Shown: positions 40,681 to 50,142 of the stretch, in pieces
Layout of the letters: the number at the start of each line of letters is the position of its first letter
Position numbering within the stretch: the stretch's first letter is position 1
Source: Planctomycetota bacterium
GTDB taxonomy: Bacteria; Planctomycetota; UBA1135; UBA2386
Assembly (NCBI GenBank): GCA_965228735.1
Contig: OZ245838.1
Coordinates: 4,960,001 to 5,024,000, forward strand
Direction: 5' to 3'
Length of the DNA: 64,000 nt
The notes under the pieces: generated by a model
The model's database searches: none
Told to the model about the DNA's origin: nothing
What the model saw: only the letters and a program-made list of their open reading frames with translations
Translations under genes and position numbers: made by a program

Positions 40681-42756
40681 TCAACGCCCGTTCTTCGAAC
40701 TCGTCGCCGCGGCGGCGTCCCGGTCGTTGCGATAGCGCTCGAACCAGCCGCGCACGTAGAGGATCCGCCGCAGCCGGTTGCTCATGTGCCGGCCGGCTGC
40801 GCCATGGTACTCGTCGGGCACCCGGACCATCACGGAGTCGACCTTCCGCAGCCGCAGCGCCTGGTAGTACTCCTCGGTCTGCGCCATCGGCGTGCGCAGA
40901 TCGAGTTCGCCCGTGATCAGCATCGTCGGCGTCGTCACGTTGCCGACGAGCCGCAGCGGCGAGCGCTGCCAGTGCTCCTCGATGCTCTCCCACGGCAGCT
41001 TCTCGAAGTTGGTGTACCAGTACGGCCCGTCGGTCGTGCCGACGAAGCTGATCCAGTTGGTCACGGGGAACATCGACACCGCGGCGCGGAAGCGATCCGT
41101 CATGCCGACGATCCAGCACGTCAGCACGCCGCCGCCGCTGCCGCCGTAGACGAACAGCTCGTCCTCGTCGATGTAGCCCTGACCGATCACGTGATCGACG
41201 CACGCCATCAGGTCGTCGTAGTCGCGGCCGGGGTAGGCGTTGTCGATCTGGTTGCCGAACGCCTTGCCGTAGCCGAGCGAGCCGCGCGGGTTGGTGTAGA
41301 CGACGACGTAGCCGTTGGCTGCGTGGTTCTGGCGTTCGAAGCTGAAGTCGACGCCGTACATGCCGTGCGGGCCGCCGTGGATCTGCAGGATCAGCGGGTA
41401 CTTCTTCGTCGGGTCGAAGTGCGGCGGCTTGACGATCCAGCCCTGCACCTTCAGCCCGTCGCTCGATTCGGTCCAGAAGCCTTCGACCGAGCCGAGCTTC
41501 ACGTCGGCGAGCACGTCGCTGTGCACGTCGGTCAGGCGTCGCATCACGCCGTCGAACAACGTGATGTCGGCTGGCTGCTGCGGGCCGGTCATCGTGCCGA
41601 GCACCGCGCCGCGCGCGTCGACGTCGCTGAGGCGGAACTGCAGGCCGCCGCGCGTGACCGGCGTGACCGTGCCGGCGGGATCGACGCGATACACGTGTGA
41701 CATCCCGCGATCGCGCACCGTGTAGAGCAGCGTCGAGCCGTCCTTGCTCCACATCAGGCTGCCGGGCCGCCGGTCCTGCTCCTTGTTGAGCTCGCGCTTG
41801 TCACTGCCGTCGCGCCGCATGAGCCAGATCGACGCGACGTTGTAGGTGTCCGTCGTCTTGTCGTGACCCGTGTAGGCGATCCACTCGCCGTCGGGCGAGA
41901 CGACCGGGCCGCCGTCCGGGCCCTCGCGATCGGTCAGCTGGCGCACGTCGCCCGACTCGACGTCGAGCGCGTAGACTTCCGACTCCTGTACCTGCCAGTC
42001 CGCGTCCTCGACGCGCAGACCCGAGAACAGGATCTCCTGGCCGTCCGGCGTCCACTCGGGTGAGCCGTGGTCGTAGTCCCCGTTCGTGAGCTGCTTCGGC
42101 GTGCCGCCGGTCGCGCTCACGAGGAAGATGTGGCGGTGACCGCTCGGCCGGTAGCCGCTGCGGTCGCGCCGGTAGCTGAGGCGCGTGATGACGGTCGGTT
42201 CGGGCGCCCACTTCGCGCCCTTGGGGCGCTTCGGCAGCTTGATCGGGAAACCCTTCTTCTCGGGCACCTGCATCGTGAACGCGAGCTGCTTGCCGTCGGG
42301 TGACCACCGCACGCTGCCCGGGCTCTCGCTGACGTGCGTGATCTGCGTCACGGAGCGATCGTCGAGGTGCAGCACGTGGATCTGGCTGCCCTTCGGCTCG
42401 CCGCTCCGCGTGAACGCGATGCGCGTGCCGTCGGGCGACCAGCGCGGTGAACTGCCCGTGGTCAGGAAGCGTTGCCGGCCGCCGTCGCGATCCATGATCC
42501 AGAGCTCGCTCTGCATGCGGTCGTTGACCTGATCGGTCCAAGAGCGCGAGTAGACGATCTGCTGGCCGTCGGGCGAGAACCGCGGGCTGCCGACGCGCTC
42601 CCAGTCGAGCATCTTGTCGAGCGTGAGCGTGCCCTCATCGGCGTGGTCCTTGGCCGGATCATCGGCGGCGCCGCCTTGCGCGAGCACCGCGGGTGATGCG
42701 ACGAGCGCGGTGGCGGCGGTCAGCAGAACGGAACGAAACGAGCGACGGCGACGCAT
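40681..42756 (-). CDS. S9 family peptidase (prolyl oligopeptidase/acylaminoacyl peptidase), secreted
   Basis: WSPDG propeller repeats, IHGGP, GGSGGG nucleophile elbow, GE.D.R, E.H. Confidence 0.93.
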   Translation of the reverse strand: MRRRRSFRSVLLTAATALVASPAVLAQGGAADDPAKDHADEGTLTLDKMLDWERVGSPRFSPDGQQIVYSRSWTDQVNDRMQSELWIMDRDGGRQRFLTTGSSPRWSPDGTRIAFTRSGEPKGSQIHVLHLDDRSVTQITHVSESPGSVRWSPDGKQLAFTMQVPEKKGFPIKLPKRPKGAKWAPEPTVITRLSYRRDRSGYRPSGHRHIFLVSATGGTPKQLTNGDYDHGSPEWTPDGQEILFSGLRVEDADWQVQESEVYALDVESGDVRQLTDREGPDGGPVVSPDGEWIAYTGHDKTTDTYNVASIWLMRRDGSDKRELNKEQDRRPGSLMWSKDGSTLLYTVRDRGMSHVYRVDPAGTVTPVTRGGLQFRLSDVDARGAVLGTMTGPQQPADITLFDGVMRRLTDVHSDVLADVKLGSVEGFWTESSDGLKVQGWIVKPPHFDPTKKYPLILQIHGGPHGMYGVDFSFERQNHAANGYVVVYTNPRGSLGYGKAFGNQIDNAYPGRDYDDLMACVDHVIGQGYIDEDELFVYGGSGGGVLTCWIVGMTDRFRAAVSMFPVTNWISFVGTTDGPYWYTNFEKLPWESIEEHWQRSPLRLVGNVTTPTMLITGELDLRTPMAQTEEYYQALRLRKVDSVMVRVPDEYHGAAGRHMSNRLRRILYVRGWFERYRNDRDAAAATSSKNGR

Positions 42757-43045
42757 GGCGGACTCCTGGGGCGGCGGATTGCCGGGCCACTCGTTGTACG
42801 GAATCGAGGATTCGAGGGAACGGCCGGGCGCGGTTCTGCGTCCGGTGTTACTCCCCGGACACGTACCGGGGCGCAGAACGGGGGCACGCGCACCGGGGGG
42901 CTTCCCCGCCGGTTCACCGGGCGTTCACCCGTGCCACCGGCTCTTGCGGTATCGCCGACGCAGCCGGCCGGGCATCGAATCGGGCCGTTGCTCGTCGGAG
43001 GCCTTCCGCCGCTGCCGCTTTTGCACCAAACTGTCGCCGAGTCGC

Positions 43046-43645
43046 ATGACCATTTCCGTGCTCGCACAACCGACGCTGGTTCTCAACCGGTCCTGGGTCG
43101 CCATCGACACCACGACCGTGCTGGGGGCGATGCGTCTGCTCTTCAAGGGCACCGCGGTCGCGGTGCAGCCGGAGAGCTACGAGACGCACGAGTTCGAGTC
43201 GTGGGCCGACCTCGCTGTCGCGCCGCACGAGCCGCACATCCGCACGCCGCGGCTGCGCATCCGCGTGCCCGAGATCATCGCGCTGACCGGCTACGACAAG
43301 GTGCCGCGGCGCGCGGTGCCGTTCACGCGACGCAACCTGTTCGACCGCGATCGGCGTGCGTGTCAATACTGCGGGCGGCGGCCGGGCACGGCCGAACTCA
43401 CGATCGATCACGTGCTGCCGCGTTCGCGCGGGGGGCTGTCGACCTGGACCAACTGCGTGCTCGCGTGTGTCGCGTGCAATCGTCGCAAGGCGGATCGCAC
43501 GCCGGCCGAGGCCAACATGCGTCTGCTCGCCGAGCCGCGCGCGCCGCGCTGGCGCCCGACGCTCGACGTGCCGCTGGGTCGCGTGCGGCAGTCGTGGCAG
43601 AAGTTCGTCAGCGATCGTTACTGGAACGTCGCGCTCGAGCCGTAG
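43046..43645 (+). CDS. HNH endonuclease (McrA-like)
   Basis: LVLN, RD...CQYCG, TIDHVLPRSRGG..TW.N.V.AC..CN..K. Confidence 0.93.
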   Translation: MTISVLAQPTLVLNRSWVAIDTTTVLGAMRLLFKGTAVAVQPESYETHEFESWADLAVAPHEPHIRTPRLRIRVPEIIALTGYDKVPRRAVPFTRRNLFDRDRRACQYCGRRPGTAELTIDHVLPRSRGGLSTWTNCVLACVACNRRKADRTPAEANMRLLAEPRAPRWRPTLDVPLGRVRQSWQKFVSDRYWNVALEP

Positions 43646-43669
43646 GGCCGCTGACGGCGAACGCGCGGG

Positions 43670-44467
43670 ATGGCGACGATCGATCCAGAACGCCTGCAGC
43701 GGCTGCGGTACGTGACCGTGGCCGACCCCGCGCGCATAGCTGGGATGACGGCGCCCGACTTCGTGCTCGCGGGGCCGCAGCGCACGGGTTCGACCTGGCT
43801 CTTCAACGTGCTCGCCGAGCACCCCGAGCTGCAGCTCTCCGACCCGAAGGAGATCTACTACTGGAACACCGTCGACAAGCCCGACCACTTCCAGCACGTC
43901 ACGACGGAGCTGGCCTGGTATCTCGTGCATTTCGCGACCGCGGGTGGGCGGACCTGCGGTGAAGCCACCGCGAGCTACGCCGCGATGCCCGACGAGCTCA
44001 TCGAGAACGTGACGACCCTGTTGCCCGATCTGCGCGTCGTGATCACCGTCCGCCATCCGATCGAGCGGCTGTGGTCCCACGCCAAGCACGAGTTCGCGCT
44101 CGATGGCCGCGGCGGCATCGGCACCGCGACGGAGGACGAGCTCATCGAGTTCGGCAACAGTCCGTATCACCGGCGCTGCGGCATGTACTCGACGATGATC
44201 GAGCAGTGGTCGCGCCACCTGCGGCCCGGGCATCTGCACGTCGGCCTGTTCGACGACATCGCGCGGCGGCCGCTCGAGTTTGCCCGCGACGTCGCGCGCT
44301 TCCTCGGAGTGAGCGACGACCCGCGTCACATCGAACGCCGCATCGACCACAACCCCAACCCGACGCCGCCCGACGCGAGCTTCCCCGAACGCTTCCGCCC
44401 GGAACTCGAAGCGCTGTATCGCGACGAGATCGAGTGGCTGCGCTCGCGGTTCGACGTGCCGTGGTAG
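43670..44467 (+). CDS. Sulfotransferase
   Basis: PAPS-binding GPQRTGSTWL, KEI.Y, GEAT..Y, R.P..R.WS. Confidence 0.88.
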   Translation: MATIDPERLQRLRYVTVADPARIAGMTAPDFVLAGPQRTGSTWLFNVLAEHPELQLSDPKEIYYWNTVDKPDHFQHVTTELAWYLVHFATAGGRTCGEATASYAAMPDELIENVTTLLPDLRVVITVRHPIERLWSHAKHEFALDGRGGIGTATEDELIEFGNSPYHRRCGMYSTMIEQWSRHLRPGHLHVGLFDDIARRPLEFARDVARFLGVSDDPRHIERRIDHNPNPTPPDASFPERFRPELEALYRDEIEWLRSRFDVPW

Positions 44468-44480
44468 CGCGGGCCGCGCG

Positions 44481-44933
44481 CTAAAGGCCGAGGTCGTCGA
44501 GCAGATCACGATCGAGCGTGCCGTGCGCCGCGAGCGCGTCGGCGACGCGGCAGAGCGATTCCCAGACCGCAGCGTCCTGCAGCAGCTGCACGACTTCGCG
44601 GGTCCATTCGTGCAAGGTGATCTGTCGTTCTGCCGCGGGTGCGAGCTCACCGAGCGCCGCCTCGATCTCACCTGCGTCGTCGGCCCACGCGGAGGGCCCG
44701 TCGAACGGCCCGTCCTCACCGCGCCACATCGCCTCGCCGATCGGTCCCGCGAGCGCGGCCAACGCCGAACGTCGCGTCCGTTCGCGGACCGCGAACCCGC
44801 GCCATTCGACGGTCGTGCGGCCCATGTGCCCCTCGACCTCGGCCTCGATCGTCGATTCGAGCACGCGCCCGCCGAGCAGATGCGCGACGAGCACGTGCCC
44901 GGCTTCGTGATAGGCGCTGGTGTCGTCGATCAT
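44481..44933 (-). CDS. Small M41/M50-like zinc metallopeptidase domain protein
   Basis: AYHEAGH...LAGP.GE. Confidence 0.75.
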   Translation of the reverse strand: MIDDTSAYHEAGHVLVAHLLGGRVLESTIEAEVEGHMGRTTVEWRGFAVRERTRRSALAALAGPIGEAMWRGEDGPFDGPSAWADDAGEIEAALGELAPAAERQITLHEWTREVVQLLQDAAVWESLCRVADALAAHGTLDRDLLDDLGL

Positions 44934-45029
44934 GCGACTGCTCGCACGAGCATCGCCGTCGGGCCGGCGCACCGCAACGGCATCGAGATGACCGTCGGGA
45001 TTCGCTGACCCCGTGGTAGCCTGGGACGC

Positions 45030-45290
45030 GTGAGTGAGTCCAGCAAGCGCGTCCGGATCGAGTATCCGGCCGGCCCGGCGAGTCAGCCCGTGCTCTACCC
45101 GTTGAGTCACGAGCACGACGTCCGCATCAACATCCGTCGCGCGGAGATCGCCGAGGACGGCGGCTTCCTCGAGGTCGAGATGGCCGGCGGCGAGGCCGCG
45201 ATCGCGGCGGTCTGTGCGGCGCTGCGCGCCGAGGGCTGCACCGTTGTCGAGGACGGCGTGGACGAGGCGCCGTCGACCGCCGACGAGTGA
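45030..45290 (+). CDS. Stand-alone NIL domain protein
   Basis: YP.....PV.Y.L....DV..NIRRA.I....G pattern. Confidence 0.75.
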   Translation: MSESSKRVRIEYPAGPASQPVLYPLSHEHDVRINIRRAEIAEDGGFLEVEMAGGEAAIAAVCAALRAEGCTVVEDGVDEAPSTADE

Positions 45291-46783
45291 TCGCGGTTCA
45301 GGCCAGTGGCGCCGGCGCCAGTACCGGCACCCGCCGCGCGCGGCAAGCTCTCTGGTTGATCGTCTGGCTGCTCCTGGCCGGCTGGCTCGCGTACTCGCAT
45401 CGGTTCGCGGCGGCGGATGATGTCTACATCGTTCATCGCTACGTCCTCAACCTGCTCGAGGGGCACGGCTGGGTCTACAACGTCGGCGAACCCGTGCAGG
45501 GCTCGACGTCGCCGGCCAACACGCTCGCGCTGCTCGTCGCCGCTCTGTTGTGCGGGCGCGACTACGACGCCGCGCACGCGCTCGTCTATGCGATTGCGAT
45601 CGGATGCGCGTGCTGGTTCGTGCAGGAGGCGTTGCGCCGACTCGATGGCGCGGTCACCGCGTTGGTCTGTGCGCTGTTCGTCCTGAGTTCGCCCGTGCTC
45701 GTGTCGACGATCGGACTCGAGTCGTGCCTGCTCGTTCTCGCGATGTGCGCCGGTTTCTGGGCGCTCGTCACCGAACGGCCCATGCTCGCGGCCGCTGCGG
45801 TCGGGTGCCTGACGCTCGTGCGACCCGAAGGCGTGCTGTTCGGCCTCGTGCTGCTCGCCGACGTCGCGCGGAAGCGGAACGAACGACCGCTCGCCTCGCT
45901 GCCGTGGGGCCGCATGGTCGCGGTTGCTGCGGCGCCGATGCTCGTGTGGTGCGCGTTCTCGATCTGGCAGTTCGGTTCGCCGCTGCCGTCCACGCTCGAG
46001 GGCAAGCAGGCGCAGGCGGCGTCGGGTTGGTGGGGCACGGGCGATCTCTACTGGCGGGGTCTGCGCCGGTCGTTCGCCGCGCTCGACGCGGGCGGCTGGC
46101 TCGTCTCGTGGCTGGGTGACGACAAGCCCGTCTACCGCGGTCTGCTCGGCGGAGCTGTCGTGCTGTGGCTCGGCCTGCTCGTGCGACCGCACCGTGCGCT
46201 CGTGTTCGTCGGGTTCGCCGTGCTGCACACGGCCGCGTACGCGGCATTGAACGTGCCGTACTACCATTGGTACGGAGCGCCGGTGCATCTCGCGTTCGCG
46301 ATCGCGCTCGGGATCTGGCTCGGCCGCCTGCACGGGGTCTGCTCGCGTCGTGGCAACGCCCGCCTGGCGGCCGTGGTCACTGCCACCGCGACCGTCCTCC
46401 TGCTGCTGCTGTTCGGCGCGCGGCCTTGGGGTCGCGCGCCCCACTACCCGCACTACGAACGCGCCGCCGAGTTCGTCGCCGCGCGCGCTCCCGACGACGC
46501 GTCGGTCGGCACGGTCGAGATCGGGGTCCTCGGCCTCGCGCTCTGGCCGCGGCCGATCGTCGACGCCGCCGGCCTCGTGCACCCCGACGGCCCGGCCAAC
46601 CTGCGCGTGGGTCGCCTCGGGTGGTGGATCGAGGACGAGGCCGCTGACTGGATCATCGCGCACGATCCGCTGTGGTCGGGCTTCGAGGCCGAGCCGCTCG
46701 AACGCGCCGTTGCCGCCGGGCGCTACGTCCGGGTCGACGATGGCGCGATCGCGCGGATCCGGGTGTATCGCCGCTCGCCGTAG
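45287..46783 (+). CDS. Polytopic membrane protein, GT-C glycosyltransferase-like
   Basis: DD.YI..RY..N...G.G.VYN.GE.V.G.TSP, GLE, RPEG, EIG. Confidence 0.75.
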   Translation: MIAVQASGAGASTGTRRARQALWLIVWLLLAGWLAYSHRFAAADDVYIVHRYVLNLLEGHGWVYNVGEPVQGSTSPANTLALLVAALLCGRDYDAAHALVYAIAIGCACWFVQEALRRLDGAVTALVCALFVLSSPVLVSTIGLESCLLVLAMCAGFWALVTERPMLAAAAVGCLTLVRPEGVLFGLVLLADVARKRNERPLASLPWGRMVAVAAAPMLVWCAFSIWQFGSPLPSTLEGKQAQAASGWWGTGDLYWRGLRRSFAALDAGGWLVSWLGDDKPVYRGLLGGAVVLWLGLLVRPHRALVFVGFAVLHTAAYAALNVPYYHWYGAPVHLAFAIALGIWLGRLHGVCSRRGNARLAAVVTATATVLLLLLFGARPWGRAPHYPHYERAAEFVAARAPDDASVGTVEIGVLGLALWPRPIVDAAGLVHPDGPANLRVGRLGWWIEDEAADWIIAHDPLWSGFEAEPLERAVAAGRYVRVDDGAIARIRVYRRSP

Positions 46784-46941
46784 CGGCCCGCGGCCGGGTG
46801 CTGGGTCGTACGATCGAAGGCCCGCGATTGTACTGCAGCGTCGTGATCTGCAGCGTCGTGACCTTCGGCGGCAGCCAGCCCGGGTGGCCGACCCGTTGGT
46901 CGCGAGCGGGAGCGCCGCGCGCGTTACCCGCGCAACGGCAG

Positions 46942-47415
46942 CTACGGCGCCGCCCAGACGGCCAGCTCGTTGCCCGACGGATCCGTGAAGTGAAAGCGCC
47001 GACCGCCCGGGAACGAAAACGGCGGCGTCGTGATCGCGCCACCCGCGGCTTCGACCGCGGCGACGCTCGCCGCGAGATCGTCGGAGTAGAGCACCACGAG
47101 CACGCCCCCGCGCGTGACGTTCGTGTCCAGCCGCATACCGCCGACCTCGCCTTCGCCCGACGCGCGCTGGATGCCCGCGTAGTCGGGGCCGTAGTCGGTG
47201 AACTGCCAGTCGAACGCCGCAGTGTAGAACCGCTTTGCCGCGGCCATGTCGGTGACGGTGAACTCGATGTAGTCGATCGTGTGGTGGACTTGGTGGCGAT
47301 GCATGGTCGCAATGGAGGTCGAGGATTCGCGGTTGCCGTCGATTGCGCAGCTCGCCAGTGCGGCGACGAGAGCGCTGGCGCAGAGGCGCGAGAGGCCGCG
47401 GCGTGGGCAGGTCAT
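46942..47415 (-). CDS. VOC/glyoxalase family protein, possibly with a lipoprotein signal
   Basis: IDYIEF, FTDYGPDY, FPGGRRFHF.DPSGNELAVW. Start is ATG 47415 (followed by VAALASC) or ATG 47304. Confidence 0.88.
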   Translation of the reverse strand: MTCPRRGLSRLCASALVAALASCAIDGNRESSTSIATMHRHQVHHTIDYIEFTVTDMAAAKRFYTAAFDWQFTDYGPDYAGIQRASGEGEVGGMRLDTNVTRGGVLVVLYSDDLAASVAAVEAAGGAITTPPFSFPGGRRFHFTDPSGNELAVWAAP

Positions 47416-47435
47416 GACTCGAAGCCTAGCCGAGG

Positions 47436-47460
47436 CCTCCTGCCACCGTGGTGTCAGCAG
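47436..47460 (-). promoter_or_regulatory. Palindromic operator, copy A (putative WYL-regulator site)
   Basis: CTGCTGACACCACGGTGGCAGGAGG; 23/25 identical to 62057-62081. Confidence 0.7.
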
Positions 47461-47650
47461 GGTTGGCAGCGCCGGGCGGCGCGGCGCCAGCGCTTTCGCC
47501 TTTCGCTTTCGTTCGAGCAGCTCGTCCGAGCCCCCCATGCCGATCGAGAAGACTTGCTCGATCGAGGGGTTCGCGCCGAGAATAGCCCCGGAATCCGCGA
47601 GTCGATCGTCGGAACGCTCCGTCCCGCGCAAGCCGCTACTCCCGAAGTCG

Positions 47651-48013
47651 ATGGCACCCCGATCCACCACAGCCGAACGCATGGCGAAGCTGTCCTTCGC
47701 CGCCGTCTACCCACACTACGTCAACAAGGTCGTCAAGAAGGGCCGCACGGAGGAAGAGCTGCGCGAGGTCATCACGTGGCTCACGGGCTTCAGCGACGCC
47801 CGAATCGACAAGTTCATCGCCGCGGACGCGACGTTCGAGCAGTTCTTCGACAAGGCCAAGATCAACCCGAACGCGAACAAGATCACGGGCGTGATCTGCG
47901 GCTACCGCGTCGAAGAGATCGAAGACCCGCTGGAGCAGAAGGGCCGCTACCTCGACAAGCTGGTCGACGAACTCGCCAAGGGCAAGGCGATGGCGAAGAT
48001 CCTGCGGTCGTAG
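47651..48013 (+). CDS. DUF2200 family protein
   Basis: F..VYPHY..KV.KKGRT, I.WLTG, ITGVICGYRVEEI, RYLDKLVDELAKGK. Confidence 0.88.
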   Translation: MAPRSTTAERMAKLSFAAVYPHYVNKVVKKGRTEEELREVITWLTGFSDARIDKFIAADATFEQFFDKAKINPNANKITGVICGYRVEEIEDPLEQKGRYLDKLVDELAKGKAMAKILRS

Positions 48014-48039
48014 CCTGCAGTTGGCTTCCGCGACCCGGC

Positions 48040-49365
48040 CTATTCACTGGATCGGAATCGGTCGCGCACGACCGTCTCCAGGTCGCGTGTGGGAGAGAAA
48101 AACATGCGGCCTTTGCGCGTCTCGCCTTCGAGCAGGCCGAGCTCGACGAGTCCGAGGATGTCCGTTCGTGCAGTCTGGTAGGCGACGCCGTGCGCGTTCT
48201 GCTGAGACCGGAAGGTGTAGATCGTGGCCGGGTCTCGGATCGCGTTTCTGATCAGCTCGACCTGCCTGTGGTTGAGGTCGCTTCCGGGGCGCAGGAGAGC
48301 ACCCAGTTCCTGTAGTTCTCTCGTTTTCTGCGTCATGTAGTTCTCGAGGCTCGTGAGCGCCCGCTGCATGACGGCCAGTTGATGCATCAAGAAGTAGGTC
48401 ATGTCTTCGCCGTCCGTTTCCGAATAGAGGTACGACCTTGCATACTGCGATGGCCCTCTTCGTAGGATCGTCGAGATCGAGACGTACTCCCAAAGCCAGT
48501 AGCCTTGGCGGAGCATCGACCAGTAGAAGAGCGTCCGTGCAGTTCGCCCGTTGCCATCCGTGAACGGGTGCAGGTAGCCGATCCAGAAGTGCAGCGTCAC
48601 CGCCCGGACGACCGGGTGCACGAACGCGGCTCCGTCGGCTGTGTCGTTCGCGAACGCGCACAGTGCCTCCAGGCCCCGCTCGACTTCGGAAGCCGGAGGA
48701 GGCTGGTGCAGGATCTCGCCCGTTGACACCTGGACGACGTTGACGTCGTCGTCATCCGTCCGAATCCTCTCGTCGGGGTCGAGCACCTGGTGAATCTCGA
48801 GGATCATTGCGGGTGTCAGGCGCTTCTTCGCCATCCTGCCGACCGCCTGCATGGCGTGATAGTTGCGCAGGATCATCCGCTCGCTCGGGTCGGTTGGCTT
48901 CCTGCCCGTCCGGATCATCTCCTTGGCGATCGTGCGGGTCGTGCTCGCGCCTTCGAGTTGCGACGACGTGATCGCTTCTTCGGCCAGGCTCGAGAGGATG
49001 TAACGGCTCTTCGTAGCCTTGCCGCGGAGTTGTGGTTCGAACGTCTTGACGTGTCCGCTGCGTCGGTCGATCTCGTGCAGTTTCTGCGCGACGACGCCGT
49101 GTGGCATGAACCAGAACGGGTCGCCGCGCTTGGATCGGAATGGCAAGTCCTGGCGCGCTGCTCGCCTTGCCATCTTCATCCCGAGCCACCACTCGCGATG
49201 AGTGAGGTTTGCTGGCGGCGTGATGTGGCGCACCTTGTCCCAGTGGAGGTACTTCGATTCGTGCGTCGGTCCCTGTCTCAGGATGAGATCGAGCTTCTCC
49301 GGCGCCGTCTCCGGCAGCATGGCGGTCAGTTCGGCGAGCTGTGGGGCAGTTCGGGGGATCCGCAT
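48040..49365 (-). CDS. Fic family protein with C-terminal winged HTH
   Basis: HPFTDGNGRTAR; inhibitory motif SSQLEG; C-terminal YQTARTD...LV..G.L. Confidence 0.93.
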   Translation of the reverse strand: MRIPRTAPQLAELTAMLPETAPEKLDLILRQGPTHESKYLHWDKVRHITPPANLTHREWWLGMKMARRAARQDLPFRSKRGDPFWFMPHGVVAQKLHEIDRRSGHVKTFEPQLRGKATKSRYILSSLAEEAITSSQLEGASTTRTIAKEMIRTGRKPTDPSERMILRNYHAMQAVGRMAKKRLTPAMILEIHQVLDPDERIRTDDDDVNVVQVSTGEILHQPPPASEVERGLEALCAFANDTADGAAFVHPVVRAVTLHFWIGYLHPFTDGNGRTARTLFYWSMLRQGYWLWEYVSISTILRRGPSQYARSYLYSETDGEDMTYFLMHQLAVMQRALTSLENYMTQKTRELQELGALLRPGSDLNHRQVELIRNAIRDPATIYTFRSQQNAHGVAYQTARTDILGLVELGLLEGETRKGRMFFSPTRDLETVVRDRFRSSE

Positions 49366-49376
49366 GGCGTGTCGAG

Positions 49377-49408
49377 AACCTACTAATCATGTGTCAGATT
49401 AGTAGGTT
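49377..49408. promoter_or_regulatory. 12-8-12 inverted repeat upstream of fic
   Basis: AACCTACTAATC-ATGTGTCA-GATTAGTAGGTT; extra half-site AACTTACTAATT at 49428-49439. Confidence 0.65.
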
Positions 49409-49503
49409 GGGCGCTCCCGTGCTCGCGAACTTACTAATTCAAGATCACTTTAGCACGTCTTCGACAAGCCATGATCAAGCATAAATAACTGCATATCCGT
49501 AGT

Positions 49504-50142
49504 TTATGGGAATGTTTGGGCGAGACGTGAAGATCGGCCCACCGATGAACCCAGGTCACTGAGCTCCATGAACGCAAGACAGAGCCGGCGGAAGCCGTCC
49601 CCAGGACCGGGCTCGGGCGAGTTCTGCTCGAAGCAATGGTAGTCGTCACCCTGCACGCCCTCGAGCAGCCAGCTCGAACCATCGAAGTCGAGACTGATCT
49701 CGTGTTCGAGCTCCCAGAACCCGATGCGTTCGGCGCCCTGCTCGATGCTGCGCCATTCCGCGTCGGTCAGACTGCGCGCCACTCGCTCGACCACGACACC
49801 CGGCTCGTACCCGCCCGCGCCCGAGAGCACGATCGCCTCGAGGACGATCCCGTCCGCGCGCGATTCGATCCGGACCATGACCGGTCGGTCGAACGAAGGG
49901 AGCAAGGTGAAACGAAACGCCTTGTTCGCTCGCGTCGCGACCGCGGTCATCGCGGGTTCTGCCATCGCGCGGAGGTGCGCATCGAACAGAACGTCGAAGT
50001 AACACGGCTTGATCGGGAAGTACGAGCCGGTGGGAGGGGCAAGGCTCGGTGCGTTCGTGGTCGTGCAGGCGCCGAACATTGTCAACAGGGCGGCGAGCGC
50101 CGGGAGCTTCGCGCGTACCGATCGATGGGAAGTGCGGAGCAT
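49504..50142 (-). CDS. Hypothetical lipoprotein
   Basis: TGATG-coupled to the upstream gene; FGAC lipobox. Confidence 0.65.
   Translation of the reverse strand: MLRTSHRSVRAKLPALAALLTMFGACTTTNAPSLAPPTGSYFPIKPCYFDVLFDAHLRAMAEPAMTAVATRANKAFRFTLLPSFDRPVMVRIESRADGIVLEAIVLSGAGGYEPGVVVERVARSLTDAEWRSIEQGAERIGFWELEHEISLDFDGSSWLLEGVQGDDYHCFEQNSPEPGPGDGFRRLCLAFMELSDLGSSVGRSSRLAQTFP

Noticed and set aside
46833..46862. 15-bp direct repeat CTGCAGCGTCGTGA(T/C), two copies
   Set aside because: Only two copies between convergent genes; most likely a simple slippage duplication.
49485..49515. dif-like site (GCATAT-CCGTAGT-TTATGGGAAT)
   Set aside because: Spacer is one base longer than canonical dif and the arms match poorly; cannot be supported without GC-skew data.
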